A stretch of 63,487 nt of DNA, counting the filler, from Rhabdomonas costata (taxonomy: Eukaryota): NCBI GenBank assembly GCA_019059605.1. It is 21 parts of 21 records of this genome, joined end to end, with 100 filler letters (N's around TTAATTAATTAA, not from the genome) between each part and the next. Parts side by side here need not be neighbours in the genome. Positions count along the whole stretch, not along the records: positions 1 to 2,926 come from JAHMHO010001720.1; positions 3,027 to 5,952 come from JAHMHO010001721.1; positions 6,053 to 8,974 come from JAHMHO010001722.1; positions 9,075 to 12,000 come from JAHMHO010001723.1; 17 more parts are not named here. One strand, written 5' to 3'. The notes beneath the pieces were generated by a model. The model saw nothing but the letters and a program-made list of their open reading frames with translations. It was not told the origin of the DNA and did not search any database. Of the stretch, positions 1 to 12,100 are shown piece by piece (the stretch's first letter is position 1; each line of letters begins with the position of its first letter). Both the position numbers and the translations under genes were made by a program.

Positions 1-99
1 TTTTCCGCGCCTGGGGTAATTGCGTCCAGTCAGGGTCTGGGACTTCCGTGTTTCTCTGTCGTACCCTCTCGGTGGTGGAGGTTGCGGAGCTCTTTGCGC

Positions 100-975
100 A
101 GTGGGTCGTGTGGTTTCTGGACGATGGTCACCTCACGGGATCGTCGGAACAGGTTTCTCAAGCATTGAGTACCCTGCTCCCTTTTTTTGGAGAAACATAG
201 CCTTTCTCTCAATGGGGCGACATCCCGGATTTGGGGTGATGCGTCTCTTTCTCCTGAGTGCTCTCTGCTTCACCGCCTACGCACGTGCATTTGAGCAATG
301 GCCTCACTGTTTTGGGCTCCTATGTGGGACTACCAACGCACTTTGAAGCATATTGCGCCAAACACCTGGCCGGCCTCCAGGTTTTTCTAGAGCGCCTGGC
401 TGCGCTGGAGTGCCCCCAAATCGCACTTCTTCTGTTGCGTTACTGTCTCGGAGCGTGCAAGCTCACGTACGCGGCGCGCACCCGTCCCATTTGCCTCCCT
501 AGAGCCCACTCTCCGCACATGTGCAGCGTTTGTTAGAGATGCTGTGAGTCAGTGCCTAGGCTCTCCCATTACAGATTAGCAATGGACGCAAACCCGAATT
601 CCTCTGGGTCCCGTGGCGTTGCTCTCTCGCGCTCTTTGCTTCGCATTGATGCTTCCACTGTGGGTTGGGATCGTACTCTCACATTTCCGTGCGGTTTTTC
701 GGAGGCCCTGTCTTGTCCGAGCTGAGATTAAAAACTCTTCGGAGGTACTATGTCAATGGTCCCATTCCGAAGCACTGCCACCTATGGCCCCTCGAGAGCG
801 GGGCGTCTCCGTGTGGACGTCTCCGGTGTCCACCCCCTGCAGTTGCGGAACGACTTCAACCTGGACTGTGACTTGGTGGCAGAGGGCCGGGAGCAGCAGA
901 AGATACAGCAATCTAATGCCTTCTGCCACGAAGGAGTCCGGTTCACCCCGGTGGTCGGAGAGACCGCAGCGCCAC
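100..975 (+). mobile_element. Degenerate non-LTR retrotransposon (RT plus restriction-like endonuclease; CRE/R2/NeSL-type) remnant
   Basis: RT catalytic WFLDDG at 111-128. Thumb region GLTVLGSYVG...QIALLLLRYCLGACKLTYAART (258-536 ORF), then QWTQTRIPLG after an in-frame stop. RLE-like VDVSGVHP...EGREQQK...C..GVRFTPVVGET (750 ORF). Broken by frameshifts and stops. Confidence 0.75.
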
Positions 976-3026
976 TGACACGCACTTCCACATTCTCACC
1001 CTCCCATTTCTGTTCCAAATCCCGTATCGTCATGTGGCCCCCACTCCCGCTCCTCCTCTCCCCTTTCAATTTTTTCTCCCCTTTTGCTTTTCTCCTGTTA
1101 ATGCTCCGTTGTGTCCCCAGGCCATCTGCACTGCTATGACCAAACCGTTTTGATTCCCCTTCCAATATTTTTGCTCCTCATTCTACACTGCTTTCTTGTT
1201 CATGAACTCCTCAACTCCGGTGATGTCCAACTCATCCTAAAAAAGAATTTATAGCGGTGATGTACGTAAATTTTATAGTGGGCGATGTAAAATCTTCCTT
1301 TTTTATAGTGATGATTTAATATTTTTTTTTAGATTTGATTCCTGCGAACTGTTGGTTCGAGTTAAACTTTGCTTGTCCGGGAAAAAAGTAGGACGACAAA
1401 AACAGCAATGGACAATGTAGCACTAATTGATCGCCATCAAACCCCACCTCCCTTTTGACAAACGTTGGCGCCCGAGGGGACAATGGATGTAGTTTCCATG
1501 TTACGCTGTAATGCGGGGATGCGCGTCATCCAGTATCCTAGTTTGCTTGTTAGGGTTCGGTTGTGTGTGTGGCCCAGTGTTTGCAGATTTTTCGAAGAGT
1601 TTTTTATGGCTCACACATACTGTGTGCTTTTCTTCTGCAAAAATTTTTCTGGTGTTTCTGGTTATTTCGGCTGAAATTGAACGATGAACAAGTTTTTTAT
1701 AAAATTCTGCTTTACCCTTTTTATTGATCTACATAGTACGGAGGACATTCAAGATGATTTGCTATTTTTGAGAAGAAAAACGGTCGCGAGAAAAGCGCCT
1801 GCTCTCTCAAACGGGTGCCGGCTCATAGCAGTGAGCTATGGTGCCACCGGGGGGGGGGGTCATTGGGTTTACCAGCCGAAGCAACCAGTTGAGAGCACGG
1901 TGTTGAACTCAGAAATAACCCTGCATATTCCTTTTTATAAAAGCAGCTCCGTCCTTGCGAAGTTCTGAAACGGCCACACTCAAGGAAAAGATCGCGTTGC
2001 AACGCCACGCCACTCCCAAAGGGCATGAAAATTACGAGCAAGCAAGCAAGCTGGTGTGACCAAATGACCCGCAAGCCTGGTGCATGCCGGTACACTCTGC
2101 CAATCGCGGGTGAAAGCCCAGAACGGAGCGGCAGCGTTGAAGGCAAGTGGTCACGGAAACACCACCAATAACATTTGCGATTCACTCCTTCTCCTCCCGA
2201 CGTCTAGGCGAAAGGCCGCACCCGTCCCTAAGGGTGTTGTGGAGCATTGTGAGTTCCCCATGCTAGCGAATCCCTTTGGGGAGTGGAGGAAGGACCATAA
2301 GTATGGCAGTCGACGACCTTTTTCGGTATTCGACTACCGCCGCGGACAGTTTACCCCTATAGTCGATTGCTGTTGTCCTTACGACTCCCAGTGAGGTGTG
2401 AGAGGCAAGCAAGAGCTGGTTGCTGCGCCACTCAAATAGATTGAGGCGCTATTTTGTGTCCTGACTTGCCATGGAGTCTGGAGTCGAGTCTCTGTTAATC
2501 TCTACAGCCATAATCCCACTGTTGTTTTTTGGAATTCAAAATGCCGCCTGTAACTGAGCCCGAAACAATATCTGAGAACGAGGAGCGCACCGTTGCGCTC
2601 TGTGATGCGCATGATCAAGACAATCGAAAGTCCTCGAAGGTTATTTTCCTTCATTTAAGAATGGTTTTTGTGGTGTGGTTCATGCTTGCATCTTCGTTTC
2701 GTTTCGATTGTTTTGCAATCCAACACATAGGCCAAAAAGGTCAAACGGAATCCCCAAAGGCAGAGCCGCATGAGTTGCCCATTGCTGCAACTTTTGCAGC
2801 ACGAGCAGAAAACTACTGTTCCCGTTGAGCCAGAGTTGGTATCAGCACTCTCTTCTCTTCTTATTCTGGAGCGCTGAACATGTTGACGAAAGTTCAAAGG
2901 ACTCCTTGATGAAGAACAAAAAACAANNNNNNNNNNNNNNNNNNNNNNNNNNNNNNNNNNNNNNNNNNNNTTAATTAATTAANNNNNNNNNNNNNNNNNN
3001 NNNNNNNNNNNNNNNNNNNNNNNNNN

Positions 3027-3717
3027 TCACCTCATCTCTGGCGCTCGCCCAGTCCGCGGGGCAGAACATATGCGGCGCGCGGCCACCTTCCTCGCCAAGC
3101 TTCGGGCTCAGCCCAGCGGCCTGGTAAAAGATCATTGCCATCTGCGCACAGAAAAGGTTCGAGGTTGAGTCGTCGGGGTGCCCACAGTCGGTGCAGCCCT
3201 TGGGGAGAGCCAACCCGGCGTGCACCAAGTCCATTCTGTTCGTAGTGTACTTGGCATCCTTGTACTTGTGGAAGATTTGATCCATGCTCTGGAGCATCTT
3301 TGGGGTTCTGGGAAGGCTGAGCCGGCGAACACCAAGAACGGCTCCCTTGGCAAAATATTCCTCACTGAAGTACAAGTCCAGTCGAGCACGAAGGTCCTGC
3401 AGGTCCAACCCTTCCATGCGCTCTTCGCCGTTTCCCCTAAGAAACTCCATGATAAGTATGTCCGAGCCAGAGTCTGGATTCAATCGGTCCTTCAGCGTGT
3501 TGAACTGCCCTGGGCGATACACTAGACCAACGTGAGTCCACCGGCTCATCTCCACTAACTTTGAGGCCACTGATGAGGATTTAGGGTTAGAGAACAAAAG
3601 GACGTCGAAGGTCTGCAGCGAGGGCAGCAGCTCAGAGTAAAACTTGGTGAGTGGGTGTAGGTTCTGAGGTGGCTCGAACCACAGCAGCTCATCTCCACCC
3701 GAGCAGACGCAGCCCAT
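3027..3717 (-). CDS. Permuted papain-like NlpC/P60 (YiiX/YaeF, C92-like) peptidase/amidase, 3' truncated
   Basis: DVLLF...SRWTHVGLV (His) precedes NLFCAQMA..Y.AAGL (Cys) and a final PADW, i.e. the permuted His-before-Cys order. Likely start MGCVCS at 3717. Confidence 0.75.
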
Positions 3718-4949
3718 ATTGTGCCCGCAATCCAAAAAGAAGGAAAGATGGGCTTGCGGGTGACTGGAACGAAGGGTTTGACCCCCCCCCCCGGTTATTG
3801 CACCCCCGGTGCATACTTGGGGACTCGATGTCACCAGAGAATGAACAGATTAAAGGCACGAAATCACAGAAGGCACCATGGCAGCGCAGCAATCTTTGCG
3901 CTACGCTACCCCTGGGAGACCCTCAGTCTGCCTAAACCAAAGGAAACTGAGGTTGCACATGGCGAAAGATTCCTCAAAAAGAGGGATGGTCGATCTGTTA
4001 ATGACAGTCCCAGTCTGCGAAAGTAGCAAAGAAACCTCGTTTGTTTATCGCAGCAACCACTGGCAAACTTTAGGACGACACAGAATGCTCCGGAAAGAAG
4101 AGTTTATAGCACAAACCAGCTAGGTGTGAATATAAAGCCAACAAGGCACCCTCGATGGTTCCGATTGCGTGCGTATGTGCTGAAAAGCAGAGGAATTCTC
4201 TTTTGTATCCAAAGAAGTGCCAGTGACGCCGCCACCGCCACCGCAGCAACCACCACGGCGGTGGCCGTCCGTTGGTGGAGGAGAAGGGGGAGGGGGCATA
4301 CGGGCAGAGAGAAAGCAGGGAGTGCGAAAGAGGGCCACGCCCGGGAGACCCGCAAAACGGAGCGCGTTCCAAGCAGCCCTTGACCTACTCCCCTCCCCCC
4401 TCAACTCCTTTCCTGGGGCAAGCTCATTGCACCATTTTGCTTGTGGGCAAAAAGGCAGAACCAGAGAGGGCAGAGGGCGAAACACCTGACATTGATGTGC
4501 TCGCTTCGACTCAAAGGAACGCTTTAAAGACACCCACGCACCCACACTTCGCCTGCCGCGATCGACAGACAACAGGCAGCAAGCAATGAGCCCACTCTTA
4601 TCGTTCTCATTGGTCAGACTCCCGGCTCCTTTTTTTACTCACTTCGCGGAAAGGCATAAGTACTTGGGAAGGGGAAGGGAGGCGCGCCCGTACAAAGTGG
4701 TATAATAGCTCTTGCGTAATGAAATGTGTAAATGGGCCTACTCCAGTGGAACCATCATTGCTCTATTTCAGTCAAACAGCGACACGCGACTCCAAAATCC
4801 ACTCATGCAGCAAAGCTCTCAAACTGCAGAGCTCCATTATTGTCCTCCTTCACTTTAAATGTGGCAACTGTTCACTAAAAGCCACCTTTTCCACCATAAC
4901 GAACAATGAGCATAAACCATGTCCGTCGCCAAAAGCACTGTTGGTAAAA

Positions 4950-5732
4950 CTACTGACTTTGTGTCACCTGTAACCCTGACAATACTGCGAGCCCTTCGGG
5001 AGGCGCCTCCAACCACTTCTTAAGTACCCCTGCCCCCGATATTGCTGAGGAGAGCTGGGGGTCCTCCAGCAGCAGCCGCAGAACCCGCCGCAAGGGCTCA
5101 GCCGCGCCCCACAGCAGTTGATCCCCCACCGTGAAGACGTTAAGGTACTGCGGGCCCATCTGCATCTTTCGGATGCGCCTTTTTTTTGCCGGGAGAGGGC
5201 GAGGAGGGAGTTGCTGTTGGGAGATGGGGCGAGGAAGACGCAGGCTGACGCTGAAAGGTTTCAAAAGGGCGGCAGGCGAAGAGTGTCTTTCGCCCCCGAT
5301 TTCATGCACAGTGCTCGTTATGCAATAGCGTGTCTTTCATCCTTTCTGGGATGGCTGAAAGTGCCTTGCTTTACTCTCCTTTCCAGTTTTTCTTTGCTGA
5401 GTAGAGCAACGTCGAGGAATTTTGGGAAGGTCCGAAAAAAGAGAGAGACAAGATCGGAGCCATAGAAAAACCGAAACTTTCTTCGCCATTGAATGAGTGA
5501 CGAAAGCGAGAGCGAAAACGAAGCAAGGCTGGAGAGCACCAATGCTTAGGCAGTATCAAGCTACACGCATATACACGAGAGAAAAACTCACGCAACACAG
5601 CCCAAGAAAGCAAAGAAAAGAATGCATACCCGACGGCGACGTCAAGCTTCCCCGATACCGCCACCGGGGTCAGTTCTTTCACTGACTCCGCTTTGACATT
5701 GGGCACCACCTTCACCCACGCGTTGGACCCCG
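4950..5732 (-). CDS. asd: Aspartate-semialdehyde dehydrogenase, last two exons (5732-5630, 5178-4950)
   Basis: GSNAWVKVVPN..ESVKELTPVAVSGKLDVAVG|RIRKMQMGPQYLNVFTVGDQLLWGAAEPLRRVL matches the E. coli-type Asd C-terminus. The GT-AG intron 5629-5179 restores the frame. Confidence 0.92.
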
Positions 5733-6072
5733 CTATGCAAGAAGAAAAATAACCACCACCGTGGGCACTGCAGGCATTACGACACAACACCTCCGACAGA
5801 CTCTCGCAAAGTAATACTATATGCATGCCGCATTTATACCACACAGAAGCAGGACGAAAAAAACAGAAAGTGCTATAAAAAGATAACTGAAATCTGACAT
5901 GCAAGCACAGCCTACCGCGTGGGCAAGGTTCGTCAACAACTACCCACACACCNNNNNNNNNNNNNNNNNNNNNNNNNNNNNNNNNNNNNNNNNNNNTTAA
6001 TTAATTAANNNNNNNNNNNNNNNNNNNNNNNNNNNNNNNNNNNNNNNNNNNNTGTTTGTTTTTGCTCTGCAG

Positions 6073-6591
6073 ACAACTTGCTCATGTTGGCATTTCCGCG
6101 GTCGACAGCGTTTACAATGGTTTTGACGCGGTCGAGCTTGCGCAGAGCACAGAGTATGCTGTCGCCACATGTCCCCCCACCTTTTGCACTCTCCCGGTTG
6201 TTACATCGCTCCTTGTCGCTCTTTGGCGCTTGCTTGTTGTGATCCGCAATTGGAAACTTTGGCTCTCATAATTCCCTGCTCCCGCTTCCGGTTCTCCCTT
6301 GCGCGTGTTCTCCGGGCACTGTTCCTTCTCAGGTACTCACTCATTTTGCTTGACCTGAACATGCCTGTGATGGGAGGCGCCGAGGCCTGCCGGAGGATCC
6401 GCAGTTTCCCACTGCACTGCAGCACTGCGATTGTTGCGCTGACCGCGGAGGACAGGCCGGAGGCCGAGGAGGGCCTATCCGAGGTTGGCTTCACCAGATG
6501 CCTGATGAAGCCCCTGTCGCTCAGCGACTGGAAGGCCTTGGCAAGCATGGCGCGCAGCGGAGGACAGCATAGTGTGCAGCGCAAGCCCTAA
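6073..6591 (+). CDS. C-terminal response-regulator receiver domain (probably of a hybrid histidine kinase); exons 6073-6153, 6333-6591
   Basis: NGFDAVE|YSLILLDLNMPVMGGAEACRRIR...IVALTA...LMKP carries the receiver D, T and K motifs. GT-AG intron 6154-6332. Confidence 0.85.
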
Positions 6592-7990
6592 TATGTGTTT
6601 TCTTGTGTCTCTTGCGCGTGGGGAGTTTTGCACCAACGGGTCAGCCTTTGTGCGGCGGATTCTCTGTACGTTTTTTTTCCACATATCTTGCGGTTTCCAC
6701 ATTTTGCGGTGTGTCCACCGCTCCCTTCCTCCTCGTTTTCTCCGCAATGATTGACCCCCTTGATGGAAGCGAAGCGTTGAATTCAGGCAGGAAGGTGGGC
6801 CATCAAAATTGGGAGTGGAGTGGGTTGCTCTTCTGAAATCGTTTTCTCTGGTTCTCTTTGATGTTCCATTCCCAGAAGCGGAGGCTGGGGATCTTTGCCT
6901 TTGCCGTTTTTTGGGCCTGCAAGCTTTCGGGAATGTGTGTGTAAGTGTGAAATATGTGTGCATCAGTGCTTCTGCAACAGGGTCGCAGTGGCCCACTACG
7001 AATTGGGATTGGCTACATTTGCAAATATTGGAGGGAGGAATCCAGACTCGCTCTAGACGGAGAGCCTGTGTATGTGTGCATGCATGCAAACTTGTGATGG
7101 ACATTGCTCAATGGTGTCCTCCCTTGGCATCTGCCCTCACACTGTGTCGAGAAGTGAACCCTCGACCACCAACTCTCCGAAATGGCCGAGTACGGTGTGC
7201 TTTTTGCGTTATGCAGACTTCCTCATCCTTGTTCATCTCCGCCGGTGAGGTAATTGTACACTTCTTGCTTTGGTGTTTCTTGATTTGCACGGCTTTCTGA
7301 AAATACTGTGCTCATTGGTGCCTAAAATATTGCTGTGAAGTAAAGCAACTCTCTTGTAGGTGAAGGCATCTGAATCACCTTGGCTGTCTACCATTTATGT
7401 CACTGGTGAATATCTCACGCTTTTTTGTCTGGTTAGGCAATAAGGTCAAAGTCAATGACGGCAGCTTCTCGGCCTCTGGGTTGATATTCACGCCAAAATA
7501 TGTTCAAGTCATTTTCGTGCGTCAGTCTTTTAGAAGCAAGGCGGCAGGTTTGATAAGGCTCGCTTCTTACATCGCAGACTCAGAGAAGCTTCAATAGTTG
7601 AGCAGGGGCACAAGCGTGGTATTCAGTGCGGGTACGTTCCCTCTTGTTAGGTGGGTCCCAGTGCGTGTGTCCATTCTGGTACTTGACACATCCGGACTGC
7701 AATGCACCGGACAGTTCGTGGCCCGTTTTTTATTCTTTCTTTTCTTCTTTTTCTTCGTTTTAGTTTTTATTGTTTTAGGGCCTGTATGATCCAAAAATGA
7801 GACTGTAGCTCCTGTGTAGCTCCTTTCACACAAACAAGCGATGAAACGTTGCAAAGGCTGGCTACTCCGTGATGACTCCATGAAACTGAGAAAGCTAGAG
7901 CAGAAAGCAGGGATCCCCATTGACTGGTGCATGACTTTTTTTTTTACGGATTTTTTCGATCCCAATTTACGATCCCAACGATCCCGACTG

Positions 7991-8262
7991 GTGTATTTTG
8001 GGTACCCCCCCCCCCAATATCAAGTGCACCCATTTACGGTGCAGTTTACGGACCCTGGAGGACGAACGTCTCGTCTGCCTATTAGAACATGACAGAAACC
8101 CTCGCATGGGGTTTGGTGGCGATTCACGGGTGCCTTAGGGATAAGACAGATACATGCATATTGGGGGTGGGGGTGGGGGCGGAACAACCTGCGCAACATA
8201 CCCTCAATTTACCTTGGTCCGTGAAATGCACAGTAAATGGAGGGGGGTTTCCCAAAACGCAC
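7991..8262. repeat. Imperfect inverted repeat (MITE-like)
   Basis: ccatttacggtgcagtttacggacc (8030-8054) pairs with ggtccgtgaaatgcacagtaaatgg (8216-8240). The outer ttttgggtacccccc / ggggggtttcccaaaa also pair. Confidence 0.5.
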
Positions 8263-10551
8263 CTACGCCAAATGCGAATCTATGGGGTTACTTAGAGAAT
8301 GTGGTTGCCTTGTTTTCAGCCATCCGCCGGAGAACATGAGTACTTTCGATATGTCTCAGTTTACGGGGGAGCCTTCTGTATAAGGTTAGCTCCACCCGGT
8401 AAGTGAGAGATTAATCTGTCACATTACGATCTGAAGTCTTTTTGCCTATATTTGTTCCGCTGGTCTCGGATGGGTGTCTCTGAGTAGAGGTGCATGACCG
8501 CCAGCTGGCCGTGTAGCTTGGAAGAACAACAAAGATGTTTAGCAAAAATAAGGGATTGCGCACCGAAGGCGCGCCAAATTTTTTTTTGGCTTAGAAGCTG
8601 CCCCAATCCAGCATCCTGTTGGGAACACTAAACAGACGCAGGTTTAGACCGAGAACCTGAGTTCAGTCCATGTGACAAAAAGTCTCAGTTTACGGTGGAG
8701 CCTACTATAGTTGGAGGGAGCAGGGCTCTATTTTGTAATTTATTCAACCACCGGGTGAAAAAGTGAGTGCCTGTGGTTTTTTAGCCCGGTGTTTTTATTA
8801 GGTTTGCAAGCAAATCCTCCCCTCTCTTAAGCAGCCGTGGTTGTAATGCCGCTTCTCAATGCTTTGCCCTCGCTCCCATTCGCAGAGATTTTCGGCAGCT
8901 CCTTTGGTGTTGCTTTTTTTCTTTATATTTCGTATTTTGTAGGTAATTTGGGTTTTTACAAACCGAGGGCTGCANNNNNNNNNNNNNNNNNNNNNNNNNN
9001 NNNNNNNNNNNNNNNNNNTTAATTAATTAANNNNNNNNNNNNNNNNNNNNNNNNNNNNNNNNNNNNNNNNNNNNCTGGGCAACTGAGTGCTCTCCAAAGG
9101 CAGAAGATTGAAAAGCCCTGCTCAGCACAAAATGGAGAGCGCTGAATTTTGGAACCCCCAACTCAGCGGAGAGGCATTCGGATGTGGTGAGGGGGGGCAG
9201 TTACACACGCGCACATTCTCTGTTCAGCCTCAAGGAAAAAGCTAACCTGCAAGTTCAGTCCTCACTAAGTTTTGTTGGGGAAACAAGAACCTTGCACCGG
9301 AATCGTGCAATGTTCTCAGGAAGTAGGAGCGAGGCCTCGGCATGTCCGCTTTCGCAATGAGAAGTGTACTCCAGAACACAAATATCAACCAACGTGTTCT
9401 TTGTTCGACAGAAGCATTTCAACAGCCTGCACATGGGACGCGAGAAGAGCGAAACCCCATGGAATGGCTGGGCACTTCCCCATCTCCGAAGGAGAAGCAG
9501 AGGAAGGCAGCGAAACCCACTCGCGCACACACACACACAAACAACCCGCGAGAGCTGATCGCTACCCAGTTGAGCGAAGAACTCGGCAGACACAGGGAAG
9601 AGGGACATTGGAAAATGTCAAGCGCACGCACCGACGCAAGTGGTCTCCCCTGCCGACAAGGATCATGGCGGCAGGGCAGAGCAAAACGGGTGGGGTGCTA
9701 TCCTCTCTTTCACTTTCGACAACACAAACCCACACAAACAAACAAACTCAGCTTTAGTGAAACCTAGCTTACTCACCCGCGAACAAGGGAGCAAACACAC
9801 CAAGCTCACGCCAAAGCGCAGGCAAGGGGTTCAAACCCTTCGACACAAAGCGACAAACAAAACAAACAGCGAGCTGGGCGCTCAGACCCCGGTGATGGGG
9901 GAGGGGGGGGCAGTGTGAAGGACACCGGGCTGTAGAAGAGGGATGAGATGAGTGGTAGCGTTGCCGGGGGCCAGCTGCAGCAGGAGCTTGATACAGGTCG
10001 GGTTGCCTGCACAAAGGAGCAACGAGGAAATAGCGAATCGGAGGCCGTCACTGTGAATTGAGAAAGCGTTTCCAGAGTACATTGCTAATGAGAAGAACTA
10101 GACGGCGCAATTCACAAAAAAAACCAGGGGAGGAAATGCGAAAAACGACAGATAGAAGCCACCCTTACAGCAAACTCTGGTACGCCTTCTGCAAAACGTA
10201 AGCCCAAAATGCTGGGGATAAAAGAGGAGATAACCGTCATACGTGACCCCCCCCCTACCCACAGGAAAGAATCACAGAAAGCACGGCACGACCCAAAATA
10301 TCCTAAAACAAATTTATCTCCAGTAAAATTGTGCATAGCCCTTAAATGGAACTCACCCTCTAAACCCCCTGCAAAATCTTCTATTGGAGTCCCAGGGAAC
10401 CCTTGCGTCCCCCTCAAAGCCGGAAAGGGGGGGGGGGTTCACCAGGGGGAGTTGTGCCTGTACGAACAGAGAAAGCTGCGCTGCAATTGCAATGAAACGA
10501 GACATCAGCACACAGAGATAAAGGCAAAGATGCCCACCCCCTCCATAATAC

Positions 10552-11848
10552 CTAGCAGGAAGAGCTATACCACGCCCAATTCGCTGAGCATGTTCCCGAA
10601 GATGGCCCGCTCGAGGTCCCCGTCTTGCACGACAAAGATGCGCGGCACCACCCACAGGTGTTCGCCGCCGTGCAGGAGGTGCAGGAGGTGTAGCTCGCGC
10701 ACGGGTCTGTTTTCAATCAACAAATGGAACCAGAGTTCTTAAGCGAGGCTGAAAGAGGGCAAGCACAGCATGAGTGTTTGAAAGGCATCCGATGGTCTGC
10801 TTCGACAGTTGGGGTGATCCTTACCTTTTTTTGAAAGAAGGAGGACCATTTTCTGGGGTTCTGCCCTTGCAACCAAACATGTTTCATGAAGAGCCAATTA
10901 CAGGAAAAGGAGGTGAAGAGGTGAGTGTAATGCTATGCCTGGCTCAGCCAAAGGTTGAGCGGAGCCAGGGTTTTGCAACGCAAAATGAGAAACGTGGAGT
11001 GAGTTGGCGATTTTATTACGTATTTTACAGGGTTCGCGTCTCGTCCACCTATTACGAGATGACAGAACACCTCGCAGAGGGTTAGTGAAGGATTGCCGTG
11101 TGTCCTAGGACAAGATACATAAGGTATTGCACGGGGTTAGGGAGGGATGCACGTGCTGCAACATGCATATAGGAAGGGGAGGGTCCCCAAAATGCACTTG
11201 ATAAGGGGGTTCCTTCAAGATGAAAACTGATAACGCTATTACTAATTTCCAATTAAGTCAGGATAACGACTGCTTATCAGCGTTAAACCCACAACGACCC
11301 CGACCCCGAGTACAAAACACTCCTATCTACTCAAGATACCAGCACACTATACCAGGTACGAAACCAGAAAGTTATGTTTATCGGTGTCAAACGCTAAGCG
11401 CCGCCCACCCCCTGCACCAACGACGGCGACACACATTACAGCCCTTTCACATAACAGCGATAAAAAGATCTCACGAGACGGTGCGGACACAGTCACAAAA
11501 TAGCGTCATTCTTTCAATGACGAAAATAACCTTTTCGTCCATTTTCAGGATGAGCGGTCATGAGGAAAAAACCTGAAGCGGGGCATGACGAGCTGTACCA
11601 CGCCCAGCCCGATGCGCACGTTCCCGAGGACGGGCCCGAAGAGGTTCCAGTCTTGCACGTCAAGGACGACCCGCACCACCCACAGCTGCTCGCCCCCGAG
11701 CATGACGTGCACGTGGTGTAACTCAAGCACGGGTCCGTGGTGGAAGTGCAGCAGTCCGACTGGCTGCAGGTCGCCGAGGCGCACACCGTGCTGGAGCCCT
11801 TGGAGGTGTAGCCCGAGGGGCAGGCGTAGGCTCCGCAGGTCGGGTTAG
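10552..11848 (-). CDS. Cys-rich protein with two PSI-like repeats; exons 11848-11573 and 10706-10552
   Basis: DPCLSYTTCTSCSGASSCGWC...C...SGPSSGTCASGWAWYSSSC and DPCASYTSCTSCTAANTCGWC...CSANWAWYSSSC* follow the PSI pattern C..C.SC....CGWC. The GT-AG intron joins in frame. Confidence 0.75.
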
Positions 11849-12100
11849 CTTTTTTTCGACGGAAGAAAAGGCAACTAGTGAAGGAGAGACGGAAAGTGAA
11901 CGAGGAAAGAAAGAAGTATGCTAAGGGGGGCCAGGAAGAAAACTGGGTTGACTTCACGGATGCCCTGTGGACCGCGTTGTTGGAGAAGGAAAAACCCCAC
12001 NNNNNNNNNNNNNNNNNNNNNNNNNNNNNNNNNNNNNNNNNNNNTTAATTAATTAANNNNNNNNNNNNNNNNNNNNNNNNNNNNNNNNNNNNNNNNNNNN

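Noticed and set aside
2971-2982. TTAATTAATTAA recurring every ~3 kb as a possible regular repeat or array
   Set aside because: It is always centred in N runs and is a synthetic six-frame stop linker.
10552-10554. Stop-codon reassignment suggested by TAG before a donor-like GT
   Set aside because: TAG, TAA and TGA all end other genes at expected positions (MAPR, VDAC-A, PSMA3), and long conserved exons lack in-frame stops.
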